DNA from: Octopus vulgaris
Taxonomy: Eukaryota
Length of the DNA: 64,000 bases
Direction: 5' to 3'
NCBI GenBank assembly: GCA_951406725.2
Contig: OX597826.1
Coordinates: forward strand, 48,174,001 to 48,238,000
Shown: piece by piece, positions 16,686 through 30,849 of the stretch
Position numbering within the stretch: position 1 is the stretch's first letter
How the letters are laid out: every line of letters begins with the position of its first letter
The notes under the pieces: model-generated
What the model saw: only the letters and a program-made list of their open reading frames with translations
What the model was told of the DNA's origin: nothing
Database searches by the model: none
Position numbers and translations under genes: made by a program

Positions 16686-19167
16686 TACTTTATTTTATAT
16701 AGTTTATTTTTATTTATTTTTGATGTTCACAAACGGGCGATGGTGTTTTGCTGCAAATTAGATATGATACCGCCTACAAAAATATTATATATAAAAAAAT
16801 ATATTTAAAGAAAAAGCAGATAAGAAGGAGAGAGAAGAAAGAAGTTTAGCTTGTTTCTTTTCTTTCCTTTTTATTTTGTTGCTTTTTTGCGTCTTTTCTT
16901 TCGCCAGGTGACAGTTATTGTAACATCCGTTTCGTAGAATGAATATTAGCACCATATTCAACGAAATAACTTCGCATTATAAGATTCTATACGCCAAACG
17001 AAAAGCGTCAAATTTGCCGGAAGATATTTTAACCAGTGACCCGTTAAAAAGAAGGCGTAAAAAGTGAAAAACCGGACCGACAAGCTTTAGCGCCAAATTG
17101 GAAAATATATGTATAAAAAGAAAAAAAATAATAATGAATTATACACATGAACGTTTTGGTGTGCGTTTGTGTGTTTCAAAGACATGAATATGTATATAAC
17201 ATTTTTTTTATAAATATACAACAGCATATGTATATATATATATATATATATATACACATACATATGTATATATGTATGTATATATATATATATATATATA
17301 TGATACACACACACACACACATATATACATATATATATATATACCTGTGTTATTTTATTGCTTTACATATATATGCACATGCTTTCATACGTGTGTATAT
17401 ATGGATGTGTGTGTGTGTGTGTGTGTGAAATATGTATGTATTGAGCCATATTTAGTACTTCCTATTTTTTACTTGTTTATATTTTTTAGTGGGGCTTTAC
17501 ACGTTTGTATTCTTTTTTTTTTTTTTTTTGCCTTATTTGTATTACTTCTTAACAGTGAACGAACTGCGGTAATGTCTACATTTTAGCTTTGATCTGTCCA
17601 AATTGTTACACAAAAGAAACAATCCCAGCAAATATAATATCATCAGAATTATCATTGTAAAAGAATGAAAGATTATGTTTAGTTTACGGCGCTGTGGTTA
17701 CAACGCTCGTTGGGTTATTGCGTGGCTTCAGGTTCTATCTCAGTATGGCTCACCTTCAAACGTTTCGCATTTTATTTTGTTCATTTTTCCACTATTTTCT
17801 AAGAACAGTTCAGCAAGTTAATTTGCTGTGAGGAATATAAAAAACCTACCGTCTGAGAGCTGAGAAGACTGAGAAATGTTATCCCCTCCGGTTGCAAGCT
17901 GCAAATGAAGAATGGCATGGAATGTGATAGTGGAGAGAGAAAGAATTTTCTTAGAGAAACTGGGTTGATAGAAATTGTGTGGAGACTCGTTGGACAGACT
18001 GAAACTCTTTCTGTTTGGTAGACTAAATACTGTTGTCTGCTTTTACATCATCGTTTGGCCTTTGGGTGGCATTAGCGTGGAATTACCGAAGATAAAATTG
18101 TCAAGTTGTGCTACTCCCTTACTTACCTTCACCGGATTCGAAGGCTGTACTAAAAATCTCATGGGCCATCACCCACGACCATTTCGACTCGAACTCACTC
18201 ACACTCGACAGACCACAGAATGAGTTCCCTTTCACGTGATCGCTCGATCTCCTAGAAACTGTAGATAAATCTGTCTCAGTTTATGACCTACCACCTAAAA
18301 AATAAAGGCTACATCAAACACTGTAGCTCTAAATTCCCTCAAATGTCTTTGATCGTAGGTCTGTTCGATTATTGCTGATTTGTAGCTAAACTACGACAGC
18401 AAAAAGTTGATGGGGCGGTCATTTCCTGCTTCCGGCACTGCGTGGTGTTTGGCCAAGAGCTAAAGTGCTTTGGTTTCTTCCCCAGGTTCTAAATCTAGTT
18501 AACGTGGACGATATAGTTTCCTGATAGAAAGGCGAATCATATGGCTTTATAATGCATAGCAACTTTATAGTTCAGCCTATTTATGGCTTTTAAATTGTGT
18601 GCACTCACATTATGAGTACTCGAGTAACAAGTTATGTATATTTACTGTAAATTTTAAATATCAATAATTAAAGTGGGATATTTGGTGAGATATTCGGCCT
18701 GAAATTGCAGTGAGGTCACGTTGTCGTAATGCCATGATCTTCCTTACTTGTTTGGGGTGGCGTTTTTATTTTTCGCCAAGATGGCCAGGTCTATTCTGAA
18801 AGCCTGTTGGCTGCTATTTTTGTCAGGCATGGTGAGTGACCTTAGAGAAATGCACTCCTTTGCTTGCCTTGTCTCTATAGCTAGCATCAATGACTGCGGT
18901 GTGCAAATAATGGCAGATTTGTGAACATGTAGTAACAAGTTCAGTTCTACTCAAGGAGTGTATGGCATGGAACGACTCACTCAAACAATAAAACTACAGA
19001 TACATGACAAATCAATGAGGGCACTTCTATGAGGTCGCCCGAATTGTTAGAAAAATAGTCATGACATCTCACTCAAATCAGGTTCTACATTCTTAAAATT
19101 GGAAAAGACAGCGTCTAAAAAACGGCATGATCACAGCAGAAATAGCTTTGATTATTCGCGTATTCCA

Positions 19168-19960
19168 AAGGTGGCATGTTGGCAGAATATTTAGCACGCC
19201 GCACAATATACTACTAAGTATTTTGTTCTTTTCGTGCTGAGTTCAAATTCTGCCGAGATCGCCTTTGCTTTTTACCCCTTCAGGGTCGTTAAAACGAGTA
19301 CCAGTTGAGCACTAGGGTCGATGTAATCGACTGGTGCCCTCTTTCAAAATTTCAGGCCTTATACTAAAAAGTATTACGGCAGTGAGCTGGCAGAAGCGTT
19401 AGTACGCCGGGCTAAATGCTTAGCTGTATTTCGTCTGCCGCTACGTTTTGAGTTCAAATTCCGCCGAGGTCGACTTTGCCTTTCATCCTTTCGGGGTCGA
19501 TAAATTAAGTACCAGTTACGCTCTGGGGTCGATGTAATCGACTTAATACCTATGTCTGTCCTTGTTTGTCCCCTCTGTGTTTAGCCCCTTGTGGGTAATA
19601 AAGAAATAGGTATTTAGTCTGCCGCTACGTTTTGAGTTCAAATTCCGCCGAGGTCGACTTTGCCTTTCATTCTTTCGGGGTCGATTAAATAAGTACCAGT
19701 TACGCACTGGGGTCGATATAATCGACTTAATCCGTTTGTCTGTCCTTGTTTGTCCTCTCTGAGTTTAGCCCGTTGTGGGTAGTAAAGAAATAGGTATTTC
19801 GTTCTTCTTTACGTTCTGTGTTCAAATACCGTCGAAGTTGGCTTTGCTTTTCATCCTTTCGGGGGTCATTAAAATTGGTACCAACCGAGCACCGGGATCG
19901 ATGCAATCGACTAGTCCTCACCTCACAAAAATTCACGTCTTGCGCCTATAGTAGAAAGGA
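19168..19960 (+). mobile_element. SINE family A cluster: diverged copy plus tandem trimer (19375-19960)
   Basis: Repeated units joined at AAAGAAATA|GGTATTT. Confidence 0.9.
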
Positions 19961-20277
19961 TCCTTCATGTGTGTTCGTTCGATCGACCTGATCTGTCAGA
20001 GATGGAACGCAACACCAGCTCAACTGGCCATTGAGATATGTTACAGGTTTAGCAACCGCGTTCCATCCTTTCGGGGCCATTAAAATTGGTACCAGTCGAG
20101 CACCTGAATCGATGCAATCGACTAGTCCTCACCTCACAAAAATTCACGCCTTGCGCCTATAGTAGAAAGGATCCTTCATGTGTGTTCGTTCGATAGACCT
20201 GATCTGTCAGAGATGGAACGCAACACCAGCTCAACTGGCCATTGAGATATGTTACAGGTTTAGCAACCGCGTTCCAT
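19852..20277 (+). repeat. Tandem duplication, about 212-bp period, two copies
   Basis: CATCCTTTCGGGG...GCAACCGCGTTC repeated at 19852 and 20064 with few mismatches; includes the SINE 3' end and its unique flank. Confidence 0.9.
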
Positions 20278-21086
20278 AATTATAACGACCTCACTATTCG
20301 CAGGGCGAATACTTCACCAGATATTTCGCTTTAATCGCCGATATTTAACAGGTTCTACTGAAAGTTCTCGGTAAATATACAAATCTTATTACTAGAACAC
20401 CCGTAATGTGTGTGTATACACGATTTAAAATCCATAAATGTGTTGGACTGTAAAAGTGTTATGCATTATAAAGCCATTTGGTTCCCCGTTCTGTATAGAC
20501 TTCATCGTTCTAAATCTGCTGCTACCGAACGTTGTAACTTCTTCGTCTACAACGATATCAGAACATATCTGATGAGGCTGTTATAAAAGCTATAAACGAC
20601 TTCAAGTATTTATTTGCTTGACATGAGATATTAGGAAACAAACCATATTGTCCGTTGGAAATAATAGAAAATTCCACTTGCACAGTCTCTCATTCACTCT
20701 TTCTCTCTCTCTCTCTCTCTCTCTCACTCTCTCTCTTTCTCTTTCTCTCACTCTCTTATACACACTTCTCTCACTCTTTCTCTCCTCCAAACAATACGCT
20801 TCTCTGTCTCACATGCATACATACTGTCTCCTATACATTCCCTCTCTCTCTCGATCACACAAACTCTCCCCTACATAAATTTCCTTCTCTCTCTCTCTCT
20901 CTCTCTCTCTTTCGTTCTCCTGCATACACCCTTCCTTCTCTTTCTTTCTCTCTCTGTCTCTTTCATTCTCCTACATACATCCTTCCTTTTCTTTCTTTCT
21001 CTCTCTGTTTCTTTCATTCGCCTACATACACCCTTTCTTCTCTCTCTTTTTTCTCTCTCTCTCTCTCACACACATACATACACACA

Positions 21087-21177
<91 letters not shown>

Positions 21178-21179
21178 AC

Positions 21180-21215
<36 letters not shown>

Positions 21216-21349
21216 TCTCTCTCTCTCTCTCTTTCTCTTTGTTCGATACATCTTCCTCCCCTCCCCACCATTTGCTTCTCTATTTATACACTTCTTGTTC
21301 TGAGCCAAACATCGATTCTATTTTATCATCTCTCTCTTACTCTGTCTCA

Positions 21350-21381
<32 letters not shown>

Positions 21382-22224
21382 TCGCTCTTCTCTTTTTCAT
21401 GATCTCACAAGAAGGCCTCTATGTGATTGCTGAATCTCATAGAAATAGCAAACGAATCTCCATATCACATCCCTGCATTCTAAATAAGAATACACACACT
21501 AGATGGTGTTGTCCTAGGCATAACACAGAAGCGAGACTGGAGAGTCCTGGAAAGATTACCTATGATCACAGGCCGTCTCATTCAGAACCCAGGGTTAAAC
21601 AACAACAACAACAAAAACAAAAACAAATATATCTTGAAAACGGGCAGAATTTCATAGAAGAATTCCACAAAAGCTTGTCTGTGACCCTTGCCAAAATGCA
21701 GGATCGTCTAACCAGTACTATAGGCCTCTGAGCAAATCAATGCGCTGGCCCTACGGTGTTTATTGACAGGAAGTCACCGCTTACATAAGCCATAACTGGG
21801 ACCCTAGCTCCACGAAGCTCCTGCCAAGTGTGCCCATTTTTTAAAACGGCACTGCCAAAAGTGCGGTGGTAACCAATGTTTTTCTTGTTGTTTTGCTCCA
21901 GTCCAGTCCTGACCCCTCGAACCAATGAACAAATATTGGGTTCTCAGATAAATTCGCTCGTTTCTTACCAATGTCATTGTACTCAAGACCCGGTGACTTC
22001 TACTGTCAAGGCATTGATAAGATGAATATTGACAAAAAGTATTAACAAACCGGTGGAGTTGGTGACAAACATTGACAAACTGGTGGAATGGTAACATGAA
22101 GGAGAATATATTACTCTGTGTGACACGAATTTTGTCCTTGAGCAGCACCTGTTATTTTTCTACTTGTTTACCCCTAGAAAGTATAAAAATGGCTAATACT
22201 TCATTCAAACTTTGCTACTGTTGC

Positions 22225-22400
22225 ATTTATTCAAACCCCCAAAGAATCCCTCTCAAAACATAGCTATGATGCTCCCCTACTACTCCTGCTCACTATCAGA
22301 TATGCCCATATTGTCAGCCACTAAGGAACTTGCTGAAGAGGCTAAGGATAAGCAACTACAAGTAAATCTGTGGTACTGAGCAGGGTATTTGCTATAACGA
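22225..22400. repeat. Partial diverged copy of the 55698-56253 repeat
   Basis: TTCAAACCCCCAAAGAATCCCTCTCAA..CATAGCTATGATGCTCCCC..CTACT..TGCTC matches about 55985-56150. Confidence 0.8.
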
Positions 22401-22931
22401 TATTTCTGCTTCAGCAACTCAGCGCTGAATCTGTCTAAAATGTAATGGGAAATTGGTCAGTTTTAAAACATTATGTTTCAGGTCACAAAACCAAAGTTTG
22501 AAGGGAATGATAGTCAGTTTCTTTGATTTCTAGATAACAACAAATAAGATATAATATCTACAAACCAAAGACAAAAAAATTAAGTTGTTACACAATATTA
22601 TTGTTTGATTTCTTAAAATTCTTGAGAGAAATATGAGGATGAAAATAAATGAGAGAAAAATCGAACGAATCTGTCTGATAACCAACATATTCCAGCCATT
22701 ACTACATTAAATTTGAATCCTTAAACATTTTACCTGACTTAAATGATATTGAAAAATGACGAGAATTATGTACGTAATCTGATTTTTCGGAATTTGGGGT
22801 AGCTTAATTGTCGCAAACATCTTTAAATTTATTCAAACTCTTCTTATTTACGTTAATATATTTGTAATGAGTTGGGAAAGAATTACGAGCTTTGAGTAGT
22901 GTGTCTTTTCATAATTAATATCTTTACTTCT

Positions 22932-23553
22932 AAGGCGGCGAGCTGGCAGAAACGTTAGCGCGCAGGGCGATATGCTTAGTGGTATTTCGTCTGTCTTTAT
23001 GTTCTGAGTTCAAATTCCGCCGAAGTCAACTTTGCTTTTTATCCTTTCGGGGTCAATAAATTAAGTACCTGTTATGCACAGGGGTCGATTTAATCGACTT
23101 AATCTCTTGTCTGTCCTTGTTTGTCTCCTCTATGTTTAGCCCCTTGTGGGCAATAAAGAAATAAGAAACGTTAGTACGCCGGGCGAAATGCTTAGCGGTA
23201 TTTCGTCTGCTGCTACGTTCTGAGTTCAAATTCCGCCGAGGTCGACTTTGCCTTTCATCCTTTCGGGAGTCGAATAAATAAGTACCAGTTACGCACTGGG
23301 GTCAATATAATCGACTTAATCCGTTTGTCTGTCCTTGTTTGTCCTCTCTGTGTTTAGCCCCTTGTAGGTAGTAAAGAAATAGGTATTTCGTCTGTCTTTA
23401 CGTTCTGAGTTCAAATTCTGCCGAAGTCGACATTGCCTTTCATCCTTTCGGGGTCAATAAATTAAGTACCAGCTGCGTACTGGGGTCGATCTAATCGACT
23501 GGCTCCCTTCCCCAAAAATTAATTTTGCGCCTTGTACCTAGAGCAGAAAAGAA
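22932..23553 (+). mobile_element. SINE family A tandem trimer
   Basis: Three cores; junctions AAAGAAATA|AGAAACGTTAG and AAAGAAATA|GGTATTTCG; the last unit has tail type 2. Confidence 0.9.
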
Positions 23554-23838
23554 TATCTTTAATTCTTCAAAGAAATAAGATGTATAACAACGAAATTGGG
23601 ATGAAGGAGAACAAGAAACACTGCAAAGTGCAAAGTACAAGAAGTGTAAAGTAGCGGGGATAAGATGTAAGATGGATATATTGTTACTGATGAGGTGAAA
23701 TAATTTTGGTAAACAATTTAATCAATTAATCAGGTTCACATTTAATTAACTAATTATCTGATTAATTGCTAATGAAACTGAAATTAAGTACAATCAATGT
23801 GTATGACCCGCCTAATGTACAATATTCATTGCAATACA

Positions 23839-24055
23839 AAGGCGGCAAGCTGGCAGAGTCGCTAGCATGGTGGGTATAATGCTTAGCAGCATTTCGTCCG
23901 TCTTTGCATTCTGAGTTCAAATTCCGCCGAGGTCGACTTTGCCTTTCATCCATTAAGGGTTGATAAAATAAATATCCGTTGAGTACTGGGGTCCGTGTAA
24001 TCGACTTATCTCAGACCCTAACTTGCTGGCTTTGTGCCAAAATTTGAAACCAATA
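23839..24055 (+). mobile_element. SINE family A
   Basis: Head and core match. Confidence 0.85.
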
Positions 24056-24479
24056 TTTATTTCAACACACGATTTCACAATAGGAATCCTATAAGGCAAA
24101 TGCAAAAGCGAAATAAATTTAAACCGTTAATCTTATGTAGTATCCATTTTGGTATATTATGCTACACAAGTTAAAGATGGTGATAAACCTACTTTTGTCA
24201 TTAGATCTTTACCACTGGATTTCTCTCCTTACCATTAATAGATACAGTAAAGTCGATAAGGTCACTTATATTGTAAATGAGAAAATAAATACGGTTTTGT
24301 GAACAGCAGATATAAATAGATCTTTTCCCCCACCAGTTGCTGTTAAGATCTTTAAAGGCAGAAGACAAAACCTTGAGTGTCTTCTGCCTTTAAAGATTAG
24401 GTTTGTTTTTCGTTGTTTGTCGTTGTTGATGTTTAGCCCTAGGCCAACTCCGGTCTATGATCAAAAGTATTCCAACAAT

Positions 24480-24895
24480 ACTCTTACTCTTTACTCTTTT
24501 ACATGTTTCAGTCATTTGTCTGCGGCCATGCTGGAGCACCGCCTTTAGTCGAGCAAATCGATCCCGGGACTTATTCTTTGTAAGCCCAGTACTTATTCTA
24601 TCAGTCTCTTTTGCCGAACCGCTACGTGACGGGGACGTAAACACACCAGCATCGGTTGTCAAGCAATGCTAGGGGTACAAACACAGACACACAAACACAT
24701 ACACATACATACATATACATATATATAAATATATACGACAGGCTTCTTTCAGTTTCCGTCTACCAAATCCACTCACAAGGCATTGGTCGGCCCGGGGCTA
24801 TAGCAGAAGACACTTGCCCAAGATGCCACGCAGTGGGACTGAACCCGGAACCATGTGGCTGGTTAGCAAGCTACTTATCACACAACCACTCCTGT
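24480..24895 (-). mobile_element. SINE family B
   Basis: Full-length match to the 2727-3132 copy. Confidence 0.9.
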
Positions 24896-25174
24896 GGTAA
24901 TTTTCTTTTATTTTCAAGCATTCTATATCTAGAAGTACACCACCTAAATTGCCTTTCGTTTTCATTCTTTAAGACAGAAGGATATAATTAAGAGAGAATT
25001 GGCTGCTATTTCAAGCTGGCCGACAGATTTCGCTGAGGTTGCCTCGTCGGCTCTTGAAGCTTCTTTGGGTTATTCCTTAGTTTATCGTGTAGCTGTTGAA
25101 TTTCTCCCACTCCTCCTCCATTACCCATCATTTCTCTGTGTGTGAAAGCTTTTCTCTCTCCCTCTCCCTCTCTT

Positions 25175-25221
<47 letters not shown>

Positions 25222-25276
25222 GTGTCATAAGTTTAAAATTTTAAACTGAAAGTAATAATTGTATTAACAGTCCACT

Positions 25277-25685
25277 ATAGGCGTAGGAGTAGCTGTGTGG
25301 TAAGTAGCTTGCTTACCAACAATATGGCTCTGGGTTCAGTCCCACTGCGTGGCACCTTGAGCAAGTATCTTCTACTATAGCCTCGGGCCGACCAAAACCT
25401 TGTGAGTGGATTTGGTAGACGGAAACTAAAAGAAGCCCGTCGTATATATGTATGTGTGTGTGTGCATATGTTTGTGTGTCTGTGTTTGTCCCCATAACAT
25501 CGCTTGACAACCGATGCTGGTGTGTTTACGTCCCCGTAACTTAGCGGTTCGGCAAAAAGAGACCAGTAGATTAAGTACTAGGCTTACAAAGAATAAGTCC
25601 TGGGGTCGATTTTGCTCGACTAAAGGTGGTGCTCCAGCATGGTCACAGTCAAATGACTGAAACGAGTAAAAGAGTAAAAAGAGTC
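25277..25685 (+). mobile_element. SINE family B full-length
   Basis: TAGGCGTAGGAGTAGCTGTGTGG...GGTTCAGTCCC...GGCACCTTGAGCAAGT...GAGTAAAAGAGTAAAA. Confidence 0.9.
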
Positions 25686-25891
25686 ATTTATTTACAATAT
25701 TTTACATTCTAAGTTCAAATCTCGTCGAAGTCAGCTTTGTTCTCGATCCTTCACTTCCTGGGGTCAATTAAATAAATAAAGTCCTGGGAATCGAAATAAT
25801 CGAATTATCCCTTCTTCCAAAATTGCTAGCCTTCTACCTAAATTAGAAATTATTATTTGCGCATCCTCAAAAGCTGAACATGACAAAAGTA

Positions 25892-26029
25892 TAAGGTTGT
25901 CCCAAAAGTTCGTAGAAAGTCTTGGAAAATAATGGTCTTTATTTTGAGGAATAATTTTTGTTGTTTTTGTTACTTGGCGAGTAAAAATTCAATTTTCGCA
26001 AGTGTTTACGAACTTTTGGGACAACCTAA
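25892..26029. mobile_element. Tc1/mariner-type MITE (about 138 bp)
   Basis: TIRs AGGTTGTCCCAAAAGTTCGTA / TACGAACTTTTGGGACAACCT, flanked by TA on both sides. Confidence 0.85.
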
Positions 26030-27627
26030 TATTTAGCACTTATTTTGAAATTTAAAAGCATGAAATGCCGTGAAAAATAACAAAATAACTCGATGGAGCT
26101 CCTAATATTTTTTACGCCTTGACCAGAGCTAGTAGGTCAATGACCTTAACTTTTTTTTTCCAATCCTCCGAGACAACTTGGAGAAAAATTTCCTAAGAAA
26201 GAGGACATAGCTTGTATGCTTCCTAGAGAGTAGTCTCTGGTTGAAGCACCTATACCCCAGGTCGTGGGGTTAACACTTGGGTAGATAGCGTTTTCTATAT
26301 CTTTTAGCGTCTAGTTTAAGGTAATTACTAATGCAGAATTCCTTATGATATGAAATCAAAACGATTTAATAATCCTACATAGGAATCTTCGCTATCTTGG
26401 TAATACAAGAGTTACACATTAATTTATTAATTTCCAGGAATTTTATTGCACCGAGTTGCTGTCTTTTTGGAATGGTAGATGTATACCCCTCTAGATACCC
26501 ATTTACGAACGCGTGTAAAAGATACATTTACTGATGCTGTAATTTCGCATTTATTAAGGCTATTCTCGATATCCACACAAATAATGGTGCTTAATAAAGA
26601 TCAAGAAATTAAGACAATCCTTAATAACCAATGGAGTTATAAACACGACAACGAATTACTTACTACGAGATTATGGCTTCAGCGAACGTACAAATGGAAC
26701 TCTATTACGACCAATTAGTTTTGTGTTAAAGGATTTATGTTTAGCTGCGAATCATTGGGCAATTGTTTTACGGCTGGTTCTTGATTCAATAAATGAAGAA
26801 CCCCCACATGAGCCATTCATAAAATTCCTAATCCTTACCTGTAACATTTGTAATAATATCGGGAATATAATCAAACAATTTATATAGGATAGAAATTAAA
26901 TGGTATGATATTCATATGTAGTTATGCACAATATAGTGAGTCCGCAACAGAGCCACTACATGGTCATCTAACATGTTGGAAATAGCAGCCAAATCGCCTT
27001 GAAATCACAACCTAGGGAAGGACACTTTTTTTGCTTAATTTGTTTTTTAGTCAGGAGAAAAAGTGTAGCATCCGTAACCTTTTTCAGGGTCCTAATGCTG
27101 ATTGGATAGGAGGGAGGTTGTTATCCTCAAACCGGAAGCACCACGCGATTGCTCGCAACAGGGTGGACACCGCTAACAGCTCTCAACTTCTGGGTGATGG
27201 TGCTAAACCAAGCGATTGCTAATGAAGGCATCGACGGTGTGCTCACGGCTGAAATACATTTTTATCGTCAATCTGATTAATCAGGCCACACAACAACATC
27301 AGCAACAAATAGCTGTAACAATAAGAGACTGTAACCGGGTTGTTTCGCCAGTGGCATTAATCTTCTTCGATAGTTTTTTTTATTTTTTTACCAAAATGAC
27401 AATGTGTTCATCTATGTGGATCACGTCTAGACAATGAAAAATGGTCCTGAATGATTAAGTTCTTTACTTTTAGAGACAACTGAACATACCAAACTTTCAA
27501 GGAAGAAATTCTGTATTTACAAAAACAGTAGAATTCTAAAGAACTAGTAGTGATGCCGTGTCAGCAAATAGTAAGTAAGAATAATTCAAACAATTGGGTT
27601 TTGCTTTATATCGTGGACAAGAAAAGA

Positions 27628-27665
27628 AATGTAACGTTTCGAAGAAAATCCTTCATCAAAAAGAT
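27628..27665 (-). ncRNA. Degenerate hammerhead-like motif (PLE-terminus relic)
   Basis: Minus strand TTGATGA-A-GGA(TTTTC)TTC-GAAA-CGTT downstream of a pyrimidine tract; stem I eroded. Confidence 0.35.
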
Positions 27666-28491
27666 AAAGAGAGAAAGGGATGTGAAAGGAAAGGAGAAGA
27701 GGAGAGAGGTAAAGGAGAGAGAGAAGAGAAAAGAAAGAAAGGGAGAGAGGCAGAAAGAGAGAGAGAGAGCCTATTGTTTAAACATCCTGCTTTTAGTTTA
27801 GCCACTGCGATTTATGAATTCGAATAATGCCAGTTTTTATTTTAACTTATATCCGTTCGAGATCAATAAACTACGTATAGAAATGTATTAGACTCAATTC
27901 AGTTGATTATATTATCCTTCCTTTACAACAATTGCCTCCGGGTTAAAAGAAATCGTTTTTATTTACGATTCAACGCAATCAGTTCAAAGCATAACTTTCT
28001 CTATTTTTCCCAATTTAGGTTATTGTAAAGAGAAACTGTTAACAGTGGTCTTTTGTTATTTAATTGTTGCCGTTGTTACAGTTGGTGGCGGTGTTGCTGA
28101 TGCTTCTGTTGTTGTTGTTGTTCTTGTTGTTGCTGTTGTTGACGACGACGACGATGATGATGACGATGATGATGATGATATTGCTATTGTTGGTGTTGGT
28201 GTTACTATTGCATATGCATACACAAGTAGTCAGAAATCAGACTTGAACGAGCAGACTTAATATCAACGTATTTAGGACATTAAGTATTTCAAGTATGTTG
28301 TGTGTCTCCTGCTGGAGACTTACTTACTTACTTACTTACTGTAAGGGAGATAATCATTTCTAGATAATATTTGGAGGGATTAGAAGTGTGAATTTGAAAA
28401 CTGGAGGGTGATTTCAGAAGGATTTAGCTATTATTTCTGACTCATGGACCTACAAAGTGACGTCACTGACAACAATAGCAGCAGCAGTAGC

Positions 28492-28534
<43 letters not shown>

Positions 28535-28797
28535 CGACTAAAACAATAAACAACGTTGCCTCGTCGTTGAAATGCAAATGGCGGTATTGTTGTTACTGAG
28601 TAGATCTGTCATCGAATACATTCCAGTCATGATCATCACGTGTGTTTTCCCAAACTCATGTGGGTGTGTGTGTGTGTTTGTATGAGAAAGAGAGAGAGAG
28701 AGAGAGAGAGTATGGGCGTGTGTGAGGGTGTGTATGTTCTGGGACTGCTTTAAAAGTAATGAGAGACGTATATATGTATATCTATGTAACTAGCTAG

Positions 28798-28858
<61 letters not shown>

Positions 28859-29059
28859 ATGTATTTATATATATGTATATATACGTATATAAATATATAT
28901 ATATATATGTATGTATACATATGTGTGTTTGTATATATATATATACATACATATGTACATGCGTACGTACATACGTACATACACACATAAATACACACAT
29001 ATATATATACATACGTATGTATAAGTATGTATAAGTATGCATATATATGTATGTATGTG

Positions 29060-29105
<46 letters not shown>

Positions 29106-29649
29106 GTCTTGCATTTCATGGTACCGCACACCTAACTGCCATGCACCATATTGTGACAATACAAGGATTGGTGGGATCTCAACGCCTGTGCCTCTTTGTT
29201 GGTCTTCTCAATGGTTGCAGATTGCGAGGGAGAAAGAAAAAGACCCAGCCTTGGTACTATTTTTTTTATTCAATCCCCAGAAGGAAGAAAGACAAAATTA
29301 TCCTGGACAAGGATTGAACTCAGATTGCATATGACCGTAAGAATGACCACCAAGATTTTTGTCCCGACGCTCTAGCAACTCTGCTAATTCGCCACTATTT
29401 TAAAACACTGGGACTGAGACAAGGGTTTCTTTTGGAGCCTTTATCTTTCATTAGTAGCTTTAGCATTAGCGGTAGTGGTGGTGGTGGTGGTGGTGGTGGT
29501 GGTGGTGGTGGTGGTGGTGGTGGTGGTGGCGGCGGCGGCGGCGGCGGTGGCGGTAAGGAGCATGCTGTTAATGTCAGGGGTTGGTATTCATTACTGAAGT
29601 ATTGTCAAGTAGTGTTAAAGGAGAACATCGAGAAGGAAACAAAACAAAT

Positions 29650-29680
<31 letters not shown>

Positions 29681-29705
29681 ACCAACTCACATGCACACAC
29701 AATGA

Positions 29706-29747
<42 letters not shown>

Positions 29748-29848
29748 TATATTCCTATAGATATGTATCTCAATATATGTACACAAATACACGCATACAC
29801 ATACGCTTACACACACACATACATGCGCACATGCACAAACACGAAACA

Positions 29849-29884
<36 letters not shown>

Positions 29885-30849
29885 TACACACACATGTTGA
29901 GAAATTAAGAAACTGAGCTTATGTATTGTCTCCTGTTGAATCAGAGAAAATAATGCTCTCTCCTTCTCTCTCCTTCTCTGCCTTTCTCTTTTTTTCTCCT
30001 GTAATAAATACCAGCTTTACATGGAATTCTTTTAACAATTCCTCCAGACAAGAAATGACAGCAAATATATCTTGATAAAAATCTGACCCTTCGGAGGCCA
30101 TATTTTACCGTTCCTTTGTTTGTATTTCATTGGAAAGCTTGCTATGCTGGTTTACTGGCTTGGTGGTTCATTTGGATTGTTAGATGGCGGAGAATTTTGT
30201 CTTTTATTTTTGCTTTCTCTTTCTTATTTACAACAAGGATTCCATCGACACCAACACTACTATTAACATCATCATTTTCCTCCTCCTCCTCATCATCATC
30301 ATCATTAACACAATCAAAATATTTTTTTGTTATTTCAGATTTTCATATCTCTCTCTCTATTTTTGTTCTTTTCTTTTTGCGTTGAATTTAATCTTTCGTT
30401 TTGGAAATGGTTGGAATTTAACGATGGAAGAATGTCTATGAAATTGATGTTATTTCTATATCTTCGTGTGTGAAGTCACTGGTATGAAGTGGCGGAGACA
30501 ATCGCGATAATATGGGTCGAGAAATTGTCGTTAGTTATAATTCAAGAGAATACCAGGAACAATAACAGAAGAATTTGGATAAGCATTCATGAACAACAGG
30601 CTGGCTATACGTGCGTGTGTATGTATGTGTGTGTATATGTATATATGTTATGTCTGCATAACATATATATATATGTTTATATGTGCATGCATATATGCGT
30701 ATTGTATGTGTGTGTATGTATGCATGTATGTATACACATATATCCATACATGTATATATATATATATATATGCACTCACACACACATACACACACACATG
30801 CGAACGTACATACACACACACACACACACACACATGCGAACATACGACA

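Noticed and set aside
16908-16975. Acceptor followed by a short GDSYCNIRFVE* frame, and a TAGCACCA miR-29-like seed
   Set aside because: Too short to support an exon; sequence after the seed does not match miR-29 and the seed lies in the loop of a weak hairpin.
19375-19960. CRISPR-like repeat array
   Set aside because: Units are ~180-230-bp SINE copies without unique spacers; eukaryotic context with no cas genes.
20570-20605. CTGATGAGGCT...AGCTATAAAC hammerhead-like string
   Set aside because: GAAA is missing and no stem I/III can be formed.
20655-21731. 358-aa ORF
   Set aside because: Mostly (CT)n/(CA)n; the unique tail has no recognisable motif.
23680-23720. CTGATGAGGTGAAA minimal hammerhead candidate
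   Set aside because: No stem II, weak stem I and no second copy; compatible with chance.
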